Positions 63,013 through 64,000 of a DNA stretch of 64,000 nucleotides are shown here, piece by piece. The position numbers and the translations under genes are program-made. The notes under the pieces are model-generated. The model saw only the letters and a program-made list of their open reading frames with translations. It had not been told where the DNA came from and ran no database searches. Location of the stretch: assembly GCA_951406725.2 (NCBI GenBank), contig OX597832.1:40982001-41046000 (forward strand), written 5' to 3'. The DNA is from Octopus vulgaris (lineage: Eukaryota). Each line of letters begins with the position of its first letter. The stretch's first letter is position 1.

Positions 63013-64000
63013 TACGTATGTATTAATGTCCGTATATATACATACACACATGTATATATCATTCTTTAATGTCCATTTTCCATGCTTGCATGGGTTGGAT
63101 GGTTTGACCAGAGCTGACAAACTGAGAAGCTGCACCATGTTCCAGTTTGATTTGGTCCGGTTTCTACAGCTGGATGCCCTTCCTAACACCAACCACTTTA
63201 CAGTGTGTGTTGGGTGCTTTTAACATGCAAGTGGCACGAGTACATTTTACATGGCACTGGTACAAGTGTGGCACATCCATTTTCCACACTGGCATGGGTT
63301 GGACAATTCAACAGGAGTCTGACAAACCAGAAGACTGAGCCGAACTCCAGTGTTTGCTTTGGCATGGTTGTTACAGCTGGTTGCTTTTTATGTGGCACCA
63401 GCATCAGTGAGGTCACCAAGTAACTCGTAAGACAAGACTCCCTCAAACGAGGGCAAGTGGTATTGCTATAGAAGAGATACATGGCTACTACTAATGGAAA
63501 AGAGAGAGAGACAATGGTGAAAATTGTCAGGGCATACCATCTGTTCACAGGAAGGCAAATATAAGAGAAGTGATACAGAGAATGGGACAGGTTGAGTGGG
63601 GTAGGTGAGTGACTTGATGACAGAATGGCAGGTAGAGATAAATGCAGTGAGTGGTGAACATGGGTGGCAGTGTGGTTGGCGGAGAAGGTAGAGGAAGTAG
63701 GAGTGAATCAGGAAGGTGGTAGGTGGCAGCACAAATGATGATAAATGTGAGAACGATGCATAGTACCAAGGACAAAATCTGAGGTACATAAAGTTGGAAA
63801 TTGATGAGCAAAGTATTGCTCGACCTAGGACAATAGTGAAAGACATTTGCAAAAGGTGTCGAGGAATGGGAGTGACTCTGAAACCACATGGTTGCATGGT
63901 GAGCTTCTTAACCAGACAGTCACATCTGTTTATACACATGTATAAAGCAATTTGAAGCAGGCGAAGGAGCCTCCATGTGATTTCTTGACTGCTAAAAAAA

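Overview
AT-rich, repeat-dense eukaryotic genomic DNA. The SINE families and microsatellite content suggest a cephalopod, probably Octopus (inference). Three spliced protein-coding genes can be supported. (1) The last two exons of an unidentified + strand gene (2673-2832, 4279-4407). (2) A convergent - strand C2H2 zinc-finger gene of about 918 aa with 13 fingers, mostly in repeated doublets (coding exons 10990-9451 and 8331-7115). (3) A - strand mTERF-family gene of about 487 aa (50630-50433 and 49318-48053) with a mitochondrial presequence-like N-terminus. The rest is interspersed repeats: several tRNA-derived SINE families, CR1 and RTE LINE tails, a decayed IR/DR Tc1 element with a nested 9-bp-TSD insertion, mariner, piggyBac-like and 8-bp-TSD MITEs, and a non-autonomous Helitron. 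The most notable signal is a set of hammerhead-ribozyme (HHR) motifs in short fold-back, Penelope-like non-coding elements. These include canonical cores at 3301-3385 (-) and 56216-56261 (+), a G3-C8 swapped core at 4804-4854 (+) that sits in the probable 3' UTR of gene 1 and is paired with its own disabled antisense copy in a ~136-bp hairpin, an A6U variant family, and several decayed copies. All structures were read by eye; none was folded or searched computationally.
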